This document shows, in pieces, positions 37,043 through 44,848 of a stretch of 64,000 nt of DNA. The stretch covers positions 3,325-67,324 of the forward strand of contig JACKGC010000002.1 in assembly GCA_020632135.1 (NCBI GenBank), given 5' to 3'. Position 1 is the stretch's first letter. Each line of letters starts with the position of its first letter. The DNA comes from Candidatus Nomurabacteria bacterium. Lineage in GTDB: Bacteria > Patescibacteriota > Minisyncoccia > Phycocordibacterales > UBA918. The notes under the pieces are model-generated. The model saw nothing but the letters and a program-made list of their open reading frames with translations, made no database searches and was not told the origin of the DNA. The position numbers and the translations under genes are program-made.

Positions 37043-37978
37043 ATGGATACTAAAAAAAGTCCTCGTGATGAGGCGATAAAACATGAAGCTGAACATTATG
37101 ATGAGGTTCCGCTTTGGAAGTCATTCCGTGGTTACGCTGTACTAGGGATTGGTCTGTTGGGTGGGATAATGAGTGTACATCAGATATACCTGCAAGAGTA
37201 TGTATATGTTGTAATTTTTATCTCAGTACTCGCTATGCTTTTGTATTTTGTAGCTAAAGGACACTTGTGGTCTGTGTTTGTGCTGATGCTGCTCATTGTT
37301 TTCCACTCGATTAGTAACTGGATATACTTCGGAGTTATTGAACAAAAGTCAGGTGCGTGGATGGCGCTATTTTTTGGTTTTGTGATCCTGTCTTACTTTA
37401 TGATGCCGGTATTACGAGTCGAGCAGAAGAGAAGGTTTTTACAGAAGCAAGCAAAGGAAGGTCGGGTGATTGACACTTCTGTACTGAATAATAATCATGA
37501 AGATAAGGAGTCTGTGAAGACAGGAAGTGTTGACTCTGGTCATTTAAACTTGAGCAACGTTGTTATTGCTGTTCTCCTAGGGGCTCTCTTGATAGTTTTT
37601 GTCCTTATTTGGCAGAACGATGGAGGTGAAAGGGTGGGGTCTGGGCAAAGTGGTGGCACGACTCTAGTTACCGCACAAGAGTTGGTCGATATAGAGCTTA
37701 GTCATTACAGACTTCCTTACAAAATTGACAATGGTTTTTATGTTTTTGATGTACATGCGGTAAGTCGTTCAGAAATAGCGTATTCGATCCAAGCCACGAA
37801 TTATGCTGTGAGTGATATTGACTGGACCGAGTTCGGACCCGTTCTAAAAGGGGTGATGACGTCAGATTATTGCAAAACAGATGCTAAAGACAGCGACATT
37901 ATCTTTACTTACAAGTACTTCGATAAGGTAAAGGAGCATATTGGTAGTTACTCCATCACCCCGAGGGATTGTTTTTAA
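37043..37978 (+). CDS. Hypothetical membrane protein (4-5 TM plus a C-terminal soluble domain)
   Basis: 311-aa ORF, first gene of a tightly packed four-gene plus-strand block. Confidence 0.6.
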   Translation: MDTKKSPRDEAIKHEAEHYDEVPLWKSFRGYAVLGIGLLGGIMSVHQIYLQEYVYVVIFISVLAMLLYFVAKGHLWSVFVLMLLIVFHSISNWIYFGVIEQKSGAWMALFFGFVILSYFMMPVLRVEQKRRFLQKQAKEGRVIDTSVLNNNHEDKESVKTGSVDSGHLNLSNVVIAVLLGALLIVFVLIWQNDGGERVGSGQSGGTTLVTAQELVDIELSHYRLPYKIDNGFYVFDVHAVSRSEIAYSIQATNYAVSDIDWTEFGPVLKGVMTSDYCKTDAKDSDIIFTYKYFDKVKEHIGSYSITPRDCF

Positions 37979-37987
37979 TGGTTATTT

Positions 37988-38551
37988 ATGAGCAAAGAAC
38001 ATACTTTTGCATCTTTAGGTAACCAAAAAACACCCTTGTTTTACAAGGAAGTTGTTTTCCCAGAAGGGGAAAGGCATTTCGGTATAGATGTTTCTAAAAA
38101 ATACTTTTTAGACCCATGGAGTGATAGTAAACACTCTCCTGCACAATATTATTATCAACGTGTATTTGACCTAGTGTATGAAGATGAGCCTTGGTGTTAT
38201 GAAGGAACTGTCTACAAAATACGCATAGCTACTGACTCTGGTGTTCCAGAGGTCAGCGAGTGGGGGACTGTAGAAAGCTATATCAAAACCCATCATGGAC
38301 TATGGAAGGAAGAGGCTGAGAGGCGAAAGCAGATTGTTTGGGCAATGGGAGTACCTTTAGTTGTTTCCGTAATTGGATTAAATGAGACATGGTACATACC
38401 TATTATGTTATTAGCAGGGGCTATTGGTTTTTTTGCGGTGGGGGAATGGCGGCAAGGTCGTAGTAAAAGGAAGATCAAAAAACTTTTCAGGCTAACTGAA
38501 AAAACAAGAAATGGAGGAGATAAGGCAAGTTTTGCTGATAAAACTATATAA
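37988..38551 (+). CDS. Hypothetical protein with C-terminal TM helices
   Basis: 187-aa ORF, 9-nt spacing to the previous gene. Confidence 0.55.
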   Translation: MSKEHTFASLGNQKTPLFYKEVVFPEGERHFGIDVSKKYFLDPWSDSKHSPAQYYYQRVFDLVYEDEPWCYEGTVYKIRIATDSGVPEVSEWGTVESYIKTHHGLWKEEAERRKQIVWAMGVPLVVSVIGLNETWYIPIMLLAGAIGFFAVGEWRQGRSKRKIKKLFRLTEKTRNGGDKASFADKTI

Positions 38552-38563
38552 CCAGATGGATAT

Positions 38564-39052
38564 ATGAATGATATGTTTTGTCTTAGTCAGAATGAAAGAA
38601 AGTGTTCGGAAGGTGCTGAAGCTAGGCCGGTATTGCTATCGGACTGGTTTAACAAATTGGATGCATTTCAGGCAGAGGGTTATGAGTGGGCACAGAACGT
38701 GTTGGGCATCTGTGGACCGCTTACAGGCCACAGGAGCGACTTGGTGCCGTGTGCACTTACGTGGATGGTAGATGATTACCTTAGTCATGTTCTGGGCTAT
38801 GGAGGGCAAGATTGGGAGAGTCTGCTGGATGAGTATTATGTAAACCAGGATGAGATATGGGACCGGGTGTGGAAGATTAGAGGTGAGATTGCAAAAAGGC
38901 TTCTGAGCAAGGTCGATGGTGAGGAAGTTTGTCGTTCATTAGAGAAACTTACAGAACATGAAGTTGAAGACGAGCCGGGTGTATTTCGTAACCAACTAAG
39001 CTTCACTCAACAGTTGGAGTTACGAAGCTTTGTGTCGAATGGGTTGATGTAA
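38564..39052 (+). CDS. Hypothetical protein
   Basis: 162-aa ORF in the same block. Confidence 0.5.
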   Translation: MNDMFCLSQNERKCSEGAEARPVLLSDWFNKLDAFQAEGYEWAQNVLGICGPLTGHRSDLVPCALTWMVDDYLSHVLGYGGQDWESLLDEYYVNQDEIWDRVWKIRGEIAKRLLSKVDGEEVCRSLEKLTEHEVEDEPGVFRNQLSFTQQLELRSFVSNGLM

Positions 39053-39063
39053 TAGATTAGGGT

Positions 39064-40134
39064 ATGAGTCAGATGCTTTGTTGTAATGAGTGTGGCAGGG
39101 AAGTAAGGGATGTTTTTCCGTTTCCTGGCTTTATTACTGAGGATGGTGAGGTCGAAGTGTATGACGACTGGCGAACGGCGGGTTTCTTTGACGACGAAGA
39201 CAATGTAAGTGCTGTGTCCAGAAGTGTTAGGTGGTGCATGAACTGCAAAAAAGAGGTTTATTCCTATGTTAGTCATGTTAATTGGGACTTTTGGTGGCAG
39301 GTGGTCCAAAGCTTAAGGAAGCTAGAGTATTTGACTGAAAGGCAGTATGCAAAGCTTGTAAAAAAAGAGCTTAAAGCAAATGGATATGAAGATGGTGTGC
39401 CGCTGGTTGAGGGTGCTGACTGTAAACACGAAAACATTTCTGAACAAGACATATTTAAATACCTACAGGAAAAGAAGCTCATAGGTCCAAAAGAAAAACA
39501 TCTGTTTTTCTTTGAAAGACATAAGGTCCTCATACCAACTGATCTGAAGCAAAAAGATCTTGTGCCGTACGCAAAAGTATCTCTAAATGGTTCTTGTGAA
39601 GAGTGTGGTAAACATAATCTCGCAGAAGTGGGTGGTTCGTGTCCAATCTGCGAAAAAGGTATTTTGGAGCATGTTGGGTCTTGTGAGCCTACTGAGTCAA
39701 GAGGGAAAAAAGAGTTTGTGCTCGCTGGAGAGAGTTTAGATAAAGAGCTGTATAGCGACTTATTTTCTCATTACATTCAAGGTCAGTTGTCGCTTGAGAG
39801 AGACGTGAGAAAGACGGCAAGAGACCTCTTTGATGGTGACATACGAAAAGCGGTAGCCGAGCATGAGGACTTCTTTGCAGACGCTTTTAGGCGTTTTAGA
39901 GAAGGTTTTACCATTAAAGGAGAAGTTTATAGTAAGGATACATACCCCTGCCTTTTCATTGCTTACTGTGACTTCAAGATTGAAACGGTGGCACTGGTGG
40001 TTGATATTGCAGAGAAACAGTTCGGAGGAGATATTAAGCTAGCTGTGGAGGCAGAAGATAGAAGACTGCGTGATCAAGGCTTGTGTTCTAGTCGGATTAG
40101 TAGAGTAACCAGCAAAAGGTGTGGTATTTGTTGA
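39064..40134 (+). CDS. Hypothetical protein with multiple CxxC zinc-ribbon motifs
   Basis: CCNECGREV...CMNCKKEV and CEECGKHNLAEVGGSCPICEKG. Confidence 0.55.
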   Translation: MSQMLCCNECGREVRDVFPFPGFITEDGEVEVYDDWRTAGFFDDEDNVSAVSRSVRWCMNCKKEVYSYVSHVNWDFWWQVVQSLRKLEYLTERQYAKLVKKELKANGYEDGVPLVEGADCKHENISEQDIFKYLQEKKLIGPKEKHLFFFERHKVLIPTDLKQKDLVPYAKVSLNGSCEECGKHNLAEVGGSCPICEKGILEHVGSCEPTESRGKKEFVLAGESLDKELYSDLFSHYIQGQLSLERDVRKTARDLFDGDIRKAVAEHEDFFADAFRRFREGFTIKGEVYSKDTYPCLFIAYCDFKIETVALVVDIAEKQFGGDIKLAVEAEDRRLRDQGLCSSRISRVTSKRCGIC

Positions 40135-40680
40135 GGTTTTGTCGAGTTTGTCCGCTAGATCGTAAATCTCCTTGATCAAGGCTCTGTTTTTAGTCTTATT
40201 ATCTTGTTTTTCGGCCCCGTATCCGTGGTTTGCTTTTAGTAAGAAGACCGCAAAGGTTGTATTACAACGTCCACTGAGGCTCATATTTATCAAGTACTCG
40301 TGTTGCATACTTTTAATCAGCTCTATGCCGTGTTCAAATTGAGGGTGACGCTTTGTCCAATTTCTGAATGTGTTCTTGTGAATGACCACTCCGTATTTTT
40401 TCCAGAGGAAGTTTAGATAACCGGCGATGCTTGGCATCAAAGGTTGTTTAGAAGGAGTTTGTCTTTTAATAGGCTGTCTTTCTGCTGTATTAAGTTCGCA
40501 TTGTATTAAGTACTCCCAAATATCATTGTCAGCGTAGCGTTTTTTGTATAGAGAACTCCGACCACCTCTTTTGCCTGGCGTAAGGGTTCTGTTTTTACAC
40601 TCATACGAACAAAAGTGCTTTTGCCGAGGTTTGAGTACTTTGTCGCATCGTGAGTGTTCACACGTGCGGTTTTTGATCAT
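40039..40680 (-). CDS. Terminase small subunit-like HTH protein with an N-terminal Cys cluster
   Basis: PSIAGYLNFL...NTFRNWTKRHPQFEHGIELIKSMQHEYLINMSL...TFAVFLLKANHGYG matches the recalled terS pattern (PS..GLA.YLG...T...W....F...I......E..L.......IF.LKN..GW.D). Confidence 0.45.
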   Translation of the reverse strand: MIKNRTCEHSRCDKVLKPRQKHFCSYECKNRTLTPGKRGGRSSLYKKRYADNDIWEYLIQCELNTAERQPIKRQTPSKQPLMPSIAGYLNFLWKKYGVVIHKNTFRNWTKRHPQFEHGIELIKSMQHEYLINMSLSGRCNTTFAVFLLKANHGYGAEKQDNKTKNRALIKEIYDLADKLDKTSTNTTPFAGYSTNPTRTQALITQSSIFCLHS

Positions 40681-40928
40681 GTTTACACTAAACTTATCAC
40701 AGAAAGCCCCTTACGTGCACAAAAACTCAAAAGCACTCTAGAAATGCAGTGATTTTCATGCGGTATGCAGATTTTTGGTCGGTAACATGTTCTTAACTCG
40801 TAAGTATCTTAAACAGCACAGGTTCGAACGTCCTCTATCCAGCGGAGCCAATAAAATCTTAAGTCGCACCCACTGGTGCGGCTTTTGATTTTACGGCTCC
40901 GCGGGAGTGACAGTCTGGGAGACTGTCA

Positions 40929-41032
40929 CATCAGGATTCGAAGACCTTGCCAGCTATTTTGGAGTCTGGAAGACGAACAAAATAGCGACAAGGTGTACTG
41001 AAGCTGTAAGCTTCGAATCCTGCCCGCGGAGC
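40929..41032. repeat. 104-bp repeat, copy 1, ending in att core copy 2
   Basis: Identical to 45461-45564 except for one position (GTCTGGAAG versus GTCTGAAAG). Confidence 0.9.
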
Positions 41033-41139
41033 TTTCATAAGAATACCCTTGTTTATAAGGGTATTTTTGTGCATGGTCGATCACAGAGAAACCGATTATA
41101 GCTTGTTGTATTATCTATTAAAAACACCACCCAGGTATA

Positions 41140-41733
41140 CTAGGTGGCGTTTAGCTGCATAATAATCTCGTCGTAGAAGCAGCCCTTTCTTCTATGGACT
41201 TTTGGGTACCTGTACACTTCATTGAAACCGCAATGTCTGTAGCATGCTATAGCGGCGGTGTTGTGCTCGAGAACCCGCAATACAATCCCTCTCAACTCAA
41301 GATGGGTAAAACCAAATGTACAGAGACTTGAAACAATCTTTCTTCCATACTTATTACCACGAGAATGATTGTCACCCAGGAAAATTTCAAGCTCACAATA
41401 CCCTTGCACTGCATGAACTTTGTTTAAAGCGCAGAAGCCGATTGGTACGCCTTGTTTTTTTACAACAAAGGTCCAATCCGTATCCACTTTTTCCCGTAGA
41501 TCATGTAAACGTCTAGCAGTTTTTTCAATCGTCTCGTGTGAACCACTAAGAAACTCTATAATCTCAGGACTGTTTACCCAGCGATTATATAGAGGTACGT
41601 ACTTGTTGATCTGACTGATCTGCAAGGAGTTAAGTCTGCATAGGTCGATTTCTCCCACATGCAGTACAGTGCCTACCTTTGCCATTTTCATTGTAACCTC
41701 CTCGGAACTTAGTCTTCGTATTATCTGTGACAT
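41140..41733 (-). CDS. GNAT family N-acetyltransferase (RimJ/RimL-like)
   Basis: GFCALNKV...LEIFLGDNHSRGNKYGRKIVSSLCTFGF...RVLEHNTAAIACYRHCGFNEV (acetyl-CoA-binding motif A region). Confidence 0.85.
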   Translation of the reverse strand: MSQIIRRLSSEEVTMKMAKVGTVLHVGEIDLCRLNSLQISQINKYVPLYNRWVNSPEIIEFLSGSHETIEKTARRLHDLREKVDTDWTFVVKKQGVPIGFCALNKVHAVQGYCELEIFLGDNHSRGNKYGRKIVSSLCTFGFTHLELRGIVLRVLEHNTAAIACYRHCGFNEVYRYPKVHRRKGCFYDEIIMQLNAT

Positions 41734-41861
41734 TTATACTACAAAAATTTATAATGACAATACGGGACAAATTCAATCGTTAGAACTATTGAAATAAAAT
41801 TTTTTGTGGTATCGTCGTGTTATCAGTCAATCCTGGCTGTGTTCTTTAAAAGGAGACAGAT

Positions 41862-41993
41862 ATGTCAATTCTCCGCCGTATCTTCGGAAGGTCGAAGAAA
41901 CACGTCGAAAAGTTCAGTACCCGGGCCGGTGGTCCGAGTATGAACTTGGTGGCCACATCCAGCCAATGCGCAGGCATGTGCAAGTGTAACTAA
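41862..41993 (+). CDS. Candidate RiPP precursor peptide (43 aa, Cys-rich C-terminus)
   Basis: Not in the ORF track (<60 aa). AAAGGAG RBS at 41849-41855. Hand translation: MSILRRIFGRSKKHVEKFSTRAGGPSMNLVATSSQCAGMCKCN*. Lies 78 nt upstream of the radical SAM gene. Confidence 0.5.
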   Translation: MSILRRIFGRSKKHVEKFSTRAGGPSMNLVATSSQCAGMCKCN

Positions 41994-42017
41994 GGGCATC
42001 GATTGGTGCCTAAACAT

Positions 42018-42047
42018 AAATTGCCTGGGTAGTCACTCAGGCAATTT
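42018..42047 (+). promoter_or_regulatory. Hairpin between the precursor ORF and the maturase gene (possible partial terminator)
   Basis: AAATTGCCTG (42018-42027) / CAGGCAATTT (42038-42047), followed by CTCT. Confidence 0.4.
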
Positions 42048-42071
42048 CTCTACGTAATTGAGGAGGGGTAA

Positions 42072-43451
42072 ATGCAAGTTAATCAACTTACTAGTGTTAG
42101 CGCACCAATATCGGTTAATCTAGAAGTAACAGATAAGTGCAACTTGAGCTGTAGTTTTTGTTTCAATGCTGCACCTAGCTATGAAGCCATGATGCAGTCT
42201 CAGGAGAAACAGGATCGTGCTGAAAAAGCGCAAAACGAACTATTAATTTCAGTTCGAAAAAAGCGCATTCTGAAAACACTCGACAGACTTCACGAGACAG
42301 GGGTTTTGGAGATACGTCTTTTTGGAGGCGAGTTTACTATCTTTAAGAGCTGGAGAGAAATACTCGAATATGCATCAACAAAAGGATTCTTAATTTCTTT
42401 TGTTTCCAATGGATATCTTATCGATGGAGATGCGGCTGACGCGTTAGCCAGAAATGGGGTCGCTGAATGCACGATATCTATTCACGGTCCAAGAGATGTT
42501 CATGATGCAGTCGTCAAGCGTATTGGCAGCTTTGATAGAGCGATGGCTGCGATTAAGTACTTGAGGGAATCAGGTGTGGTGCCAACTGTGGCATATACAC
42601 CAAACCGTGAAAATATCGACACGCTGGAGGCTTTTATTCGAGAGATGTGTGAAGAATATGATGTTATGTCATTTTCGATTAGCAGACTATTCTCTGATGA
42701 TCGCTACAGCAATCTGACGCTCGATGATTATTATCGAATTCTTGAAGTAATCGATCGTTGTCATCGTGATCTGGGTGTGGAGATAATGCTTGCGGATTCG
42801 TTTCCAAGGTGTCAGGTGCCAATCAAATATTGGCGCTATCTTGGATACTGTTCACAAGGTGTAACCTTTGCACAAGTCGACTTCAACGGTAATATCAAAA
42901 ACTGTTCAGCCACTTCAAAAATTCTTGGTAACGTGCTCGAGGAAGATGTTACAAAGTTGTGGCCTGAAAAGCTTTCTGGAATGTGGAGACTCGATCATCT
43001 GCCAAAATCCTGCAAAATTTGCCCGATTTTTTGTGGAGGTGGGTGTACTGTCTCTCGCGGAGTTGAGAATCAATTTGCTCCTGATGAGTTCATTCCATGG
43101 CCAAGTGACGAAAGCTGGCTGCAGGCAATAGCAAAGACTGTCTACAATCGGGTGAGGAAAATCGGTCATCGAATTTTCTATGCTCAACACTACGCTAAAC
43201 CAGAATCCGTAAAAGAACTGAGCAACACTCCTGTGGTGGTCGAGTATAACTCGCGACCTGAAGGAGAAGGTCATGTCGTCATGTTTAAAAATTTTGGCGT
43301 CAGACAGCTCACTGATCAAGCGTACGAGGTGCTCAGATACATCGATGGCAAAAGAAGTATCAGTGAAATAACTGCAATAGTTCAAAAAAAGTACAATGGT
43401 ACTTCTGAAGCTGAAGTTGTTGAAATACTTAAAAGCCTGCCATTAAGGTAA
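42072..43451 (+). CDS. Radical SAM enzyme with a SPASM auxiliary-cluster domain and a C-terminal PqqD-like (RRE-type) domain
   Basis: GAGGAGGGG RBS. CNLSCSFC (CX3CX2C, aa 23-30). GGEFTIF. SPASM-like CSQGVTFAQVDFNGNIKNC...CKICPIFCGGGC. C-terminal LTDQAYEVLRYIDGKRSISEITAIVQKKYNGTSEAEVVEILKSL. Confidence 0.88.
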   Translation: MQVNQLTSVSAPISVNLEVTDKCNLSCSFCFNAAPSYEAMMQSQEKQDRAEKAQNELLISVRKKRILKTLDRLHETGVLEIRLFGGEFTIFKSWREILEYASTKGFLISFVSNGYLIDGDAADALARNGVAECTISIHGPRDVHDAVVKRIGSFDRAMAAIKYLRESGVVPTVAYTPNRENIDTLEAFIREMCEEYDVMSFSISRLFSDDRYSNLTLDDYYRILEVIDRCHRDLGVEIMLADSFPRCQVPIKYWRYLGYCSQGVTFAQVDFNGNIKNCSATSKILGNVLEEDVTKLWPEKLSGMWRLDHLPKSCKICPIFCGGGCTVSRGVENQFAPDEFIPWPSDESWLQAIAKTVYNRVRKIGHRIFYAQHYAKPESVKELSNTPVVVEYNSRPEGEGHVVMFKNFGVRQLTDQAYEVLRYIDGKRSISEITAIVQKKYNGTSEAEVVEILKSLPLR

Positions 43452-43454
43452 GGT

Positions 43455-43483
43455 AAAGAGAGGGGTGTACCCTCTCTTTTTTT
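43455..43483 (+). terminator. Rho-independent terminator
   Basis: AGAGAGGG-gtgta-CCCTCTCT followed by TTTTTT. Confidence 0.75.
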
Positions 43484-43499
43484 ATACTATACTTTGTTT

Positions 43500-44024
43500 A
43501 TGAAACATAAGCCCGATATTACATTCATCAACGACGTCAAAGACGTCTTAAGAAGTAAAGAAATTGTTGAAGAATTTGTACCTTTTCTTGAACGTAACGG
43601 TTATGAATTTTATTACCCATTTACAGAAAGCACTGATGCAGAGGAAGTGGCCAGGCAAATTGAGCTCGACGTAGACAAATTCGAGCTTAATGTGGCTAGT
43701 GAAAAGCTGCAGACCTTATGGAATTCCTTAAATAACGACTCAGTAGAGGGAGATTCTCTTTATGCTAAAGATTATATCTGTGTTGTTACCATGTATGGAC
43801 CGCGTGGTTTTTTTTACACCCCAAACACTATTTACGTGAATGTCACTTTTGATTCAGAACGGGACTGGGTTCAGACGATGTTGCATGAAATGCTTCACCT
43901 GGCACATTTTGAAGAGACTAAAGAGCTGGCTCATGCTGAAAGGGAAGGTTTCATAGATAAAAAATTTATAGAGCTCTGGGGTGATACTTTTCCTGAGTAT
44001 TCCAAGCAAAAAATATCAAAGTAG
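43500..44024 (+). CDS. Hypothetical HExxH-motif protein (putative zinc metallopeptidase)
   Basis: WVQTMLHEMLHLAHFEE contains HEMLH. Start at ATG 43500. Confidence 0.55.
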   Translation: MKHKPDITFINDVKDVLRSKEIVEEFVPFLERNGYEFYYPFTESTDAEEVARQIELDVDKFELNVASEKLQTLWNSLNNDSVEGDSLYAKDYICVVTMYGPRGFFYTPNTIYVNVTFDSERDWVQTMLHEMLHLAHFEETKELAHAEREGFIDKKFIELWGDTFPEYSKQKISK

Positions 44025-44228
44025 TCACAATATCAAAGTTCCGCCCCTTAGGGTGTTATGAAGGGAGTGACAGGGAATTGGGAATAAAAAACTTTACATC
44101 TTCAAACACTTTATTCCAATCAACTGTTCGAAACGCATCCAACTGGCGGAGCAAAGAAAAGTATCCCTAGAAACAGGGATATTTTTTGTTCAGAGTTGAT
44201 ACCCTGAGAAGACAGTTCGAAAAAGGTA

Positions 44229-44277
44229 CCTGACACCATTTACCATTTACTCACCATTTACCCTGACACCATTTACC
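44229..44277. repeat. Iteron-like cluster: four CCATTTAC units, including a 16-nt direct repeat CCTGACACCATTTACC (two copies)
   Basis: CCTGACACCATTTACC at 44229-44244 and 44262-44277. CCATTTAC also at 44243-44250 and 44254-44261. Confidence 0.8.
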
Positions 44278-44410
44278 ATGAGCTAGTCTATGTGCCATCT
44301 GAAGACCTGGTTACGTGAGTTCGAACGTTATCCCATAGGTGAGCAAACGAGTCTAATTATATTTATCAACGAAAGTTGGTTCGGATCCTGTAAACAGGTA
44401 TACTTTGTGT

Positions 44411-44740
44411 ATGCATTTTTCAAGATTATTTAAAGTAAAAGAGGGAAAATTGGATGACATAAAAAGTTGGTTTAAAGTTTTGAGTGGTGACCGAAAAGAA
44501 GAAGCAATTGCGACTTTCGAATACGAAAATGTATCAAGAGAGGTTTTTGTTTTATTTAGTGGTCATAATGGAAATAGTTACGTGGTTGGGTTAAACGAAA
44601 CGACTGGTGAGCATAGAGGTGGTGATCCGGATGTCAAAATAAATCAAGAACATACTAAAATCCTAAAAGAATGTTTAGAGCCAGTTTCAGACAATGGTAG
44701 TGTTTTGCTAGATTTACAGATTCACAAGGATGAAGCCTAA
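44411..44740 (+). CDS. Hypothetical small protein (DUF6176-like by recalled pattern)
   Basis: FSRLFKVKEGKLDDIKSWFKVL...INQEHTKILKECLEP. Confidence 0.45.
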   Translation: MHFSRLFKVKEGKLDDIKSWFKVLSGDRKEEAIATFEYENVSREVFVLFSGHNGNSYVVGLNETTGEHRGGDPDVKINQEHTKILKECLEPVSDNGSVLLDLQIHKDEA

Positions 44741-44848
44741 CTGTGGTGTGTACGTTTTGTTTGGATTGAGTTTAATATTAACTTGTGATACTTTTCAGAA
44801 AGCTAGATGACGATCTAGCTTTTGTTCTGTATCAACTGGAGAACTCCT

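Larger units (their letters stand above)
33239..41032. mobile_element. Element 1: integrative element with a large serine recombinase, a terS-like gene and unknown cargo
   Basis: Bounded by att core copies 1 and 2. The recombinase sits adjacent to the tRNA. Confidence 0.7.

Noticed and set aside
40886-41036. Possible extra tRNA or tRNA-like gene (10-bp acceptor-like pairing GCTCCGCGGG/CCCGCGGAGC and a TTCGAATCC T-loop)
   Set aside because: No D-arm, anticodon arm or T-stem 5' strand can be drawn; TAAGC does not pair with CCTGC. I treat it as a displaced tRNA 3' fragment with extra inverted repeats, not a gene.
41804-41989. ORF-track 61-aa ORF upstream of the radical SAM gene
   Set aside because: It is in a different frame from the 43-aa ORF, has no RBS, starts at a non-ATG codon and has a Trp/Arg-rich composition. 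The 41862..41993 frame has an AAAGGAG RBS and a precursor-like sequence.
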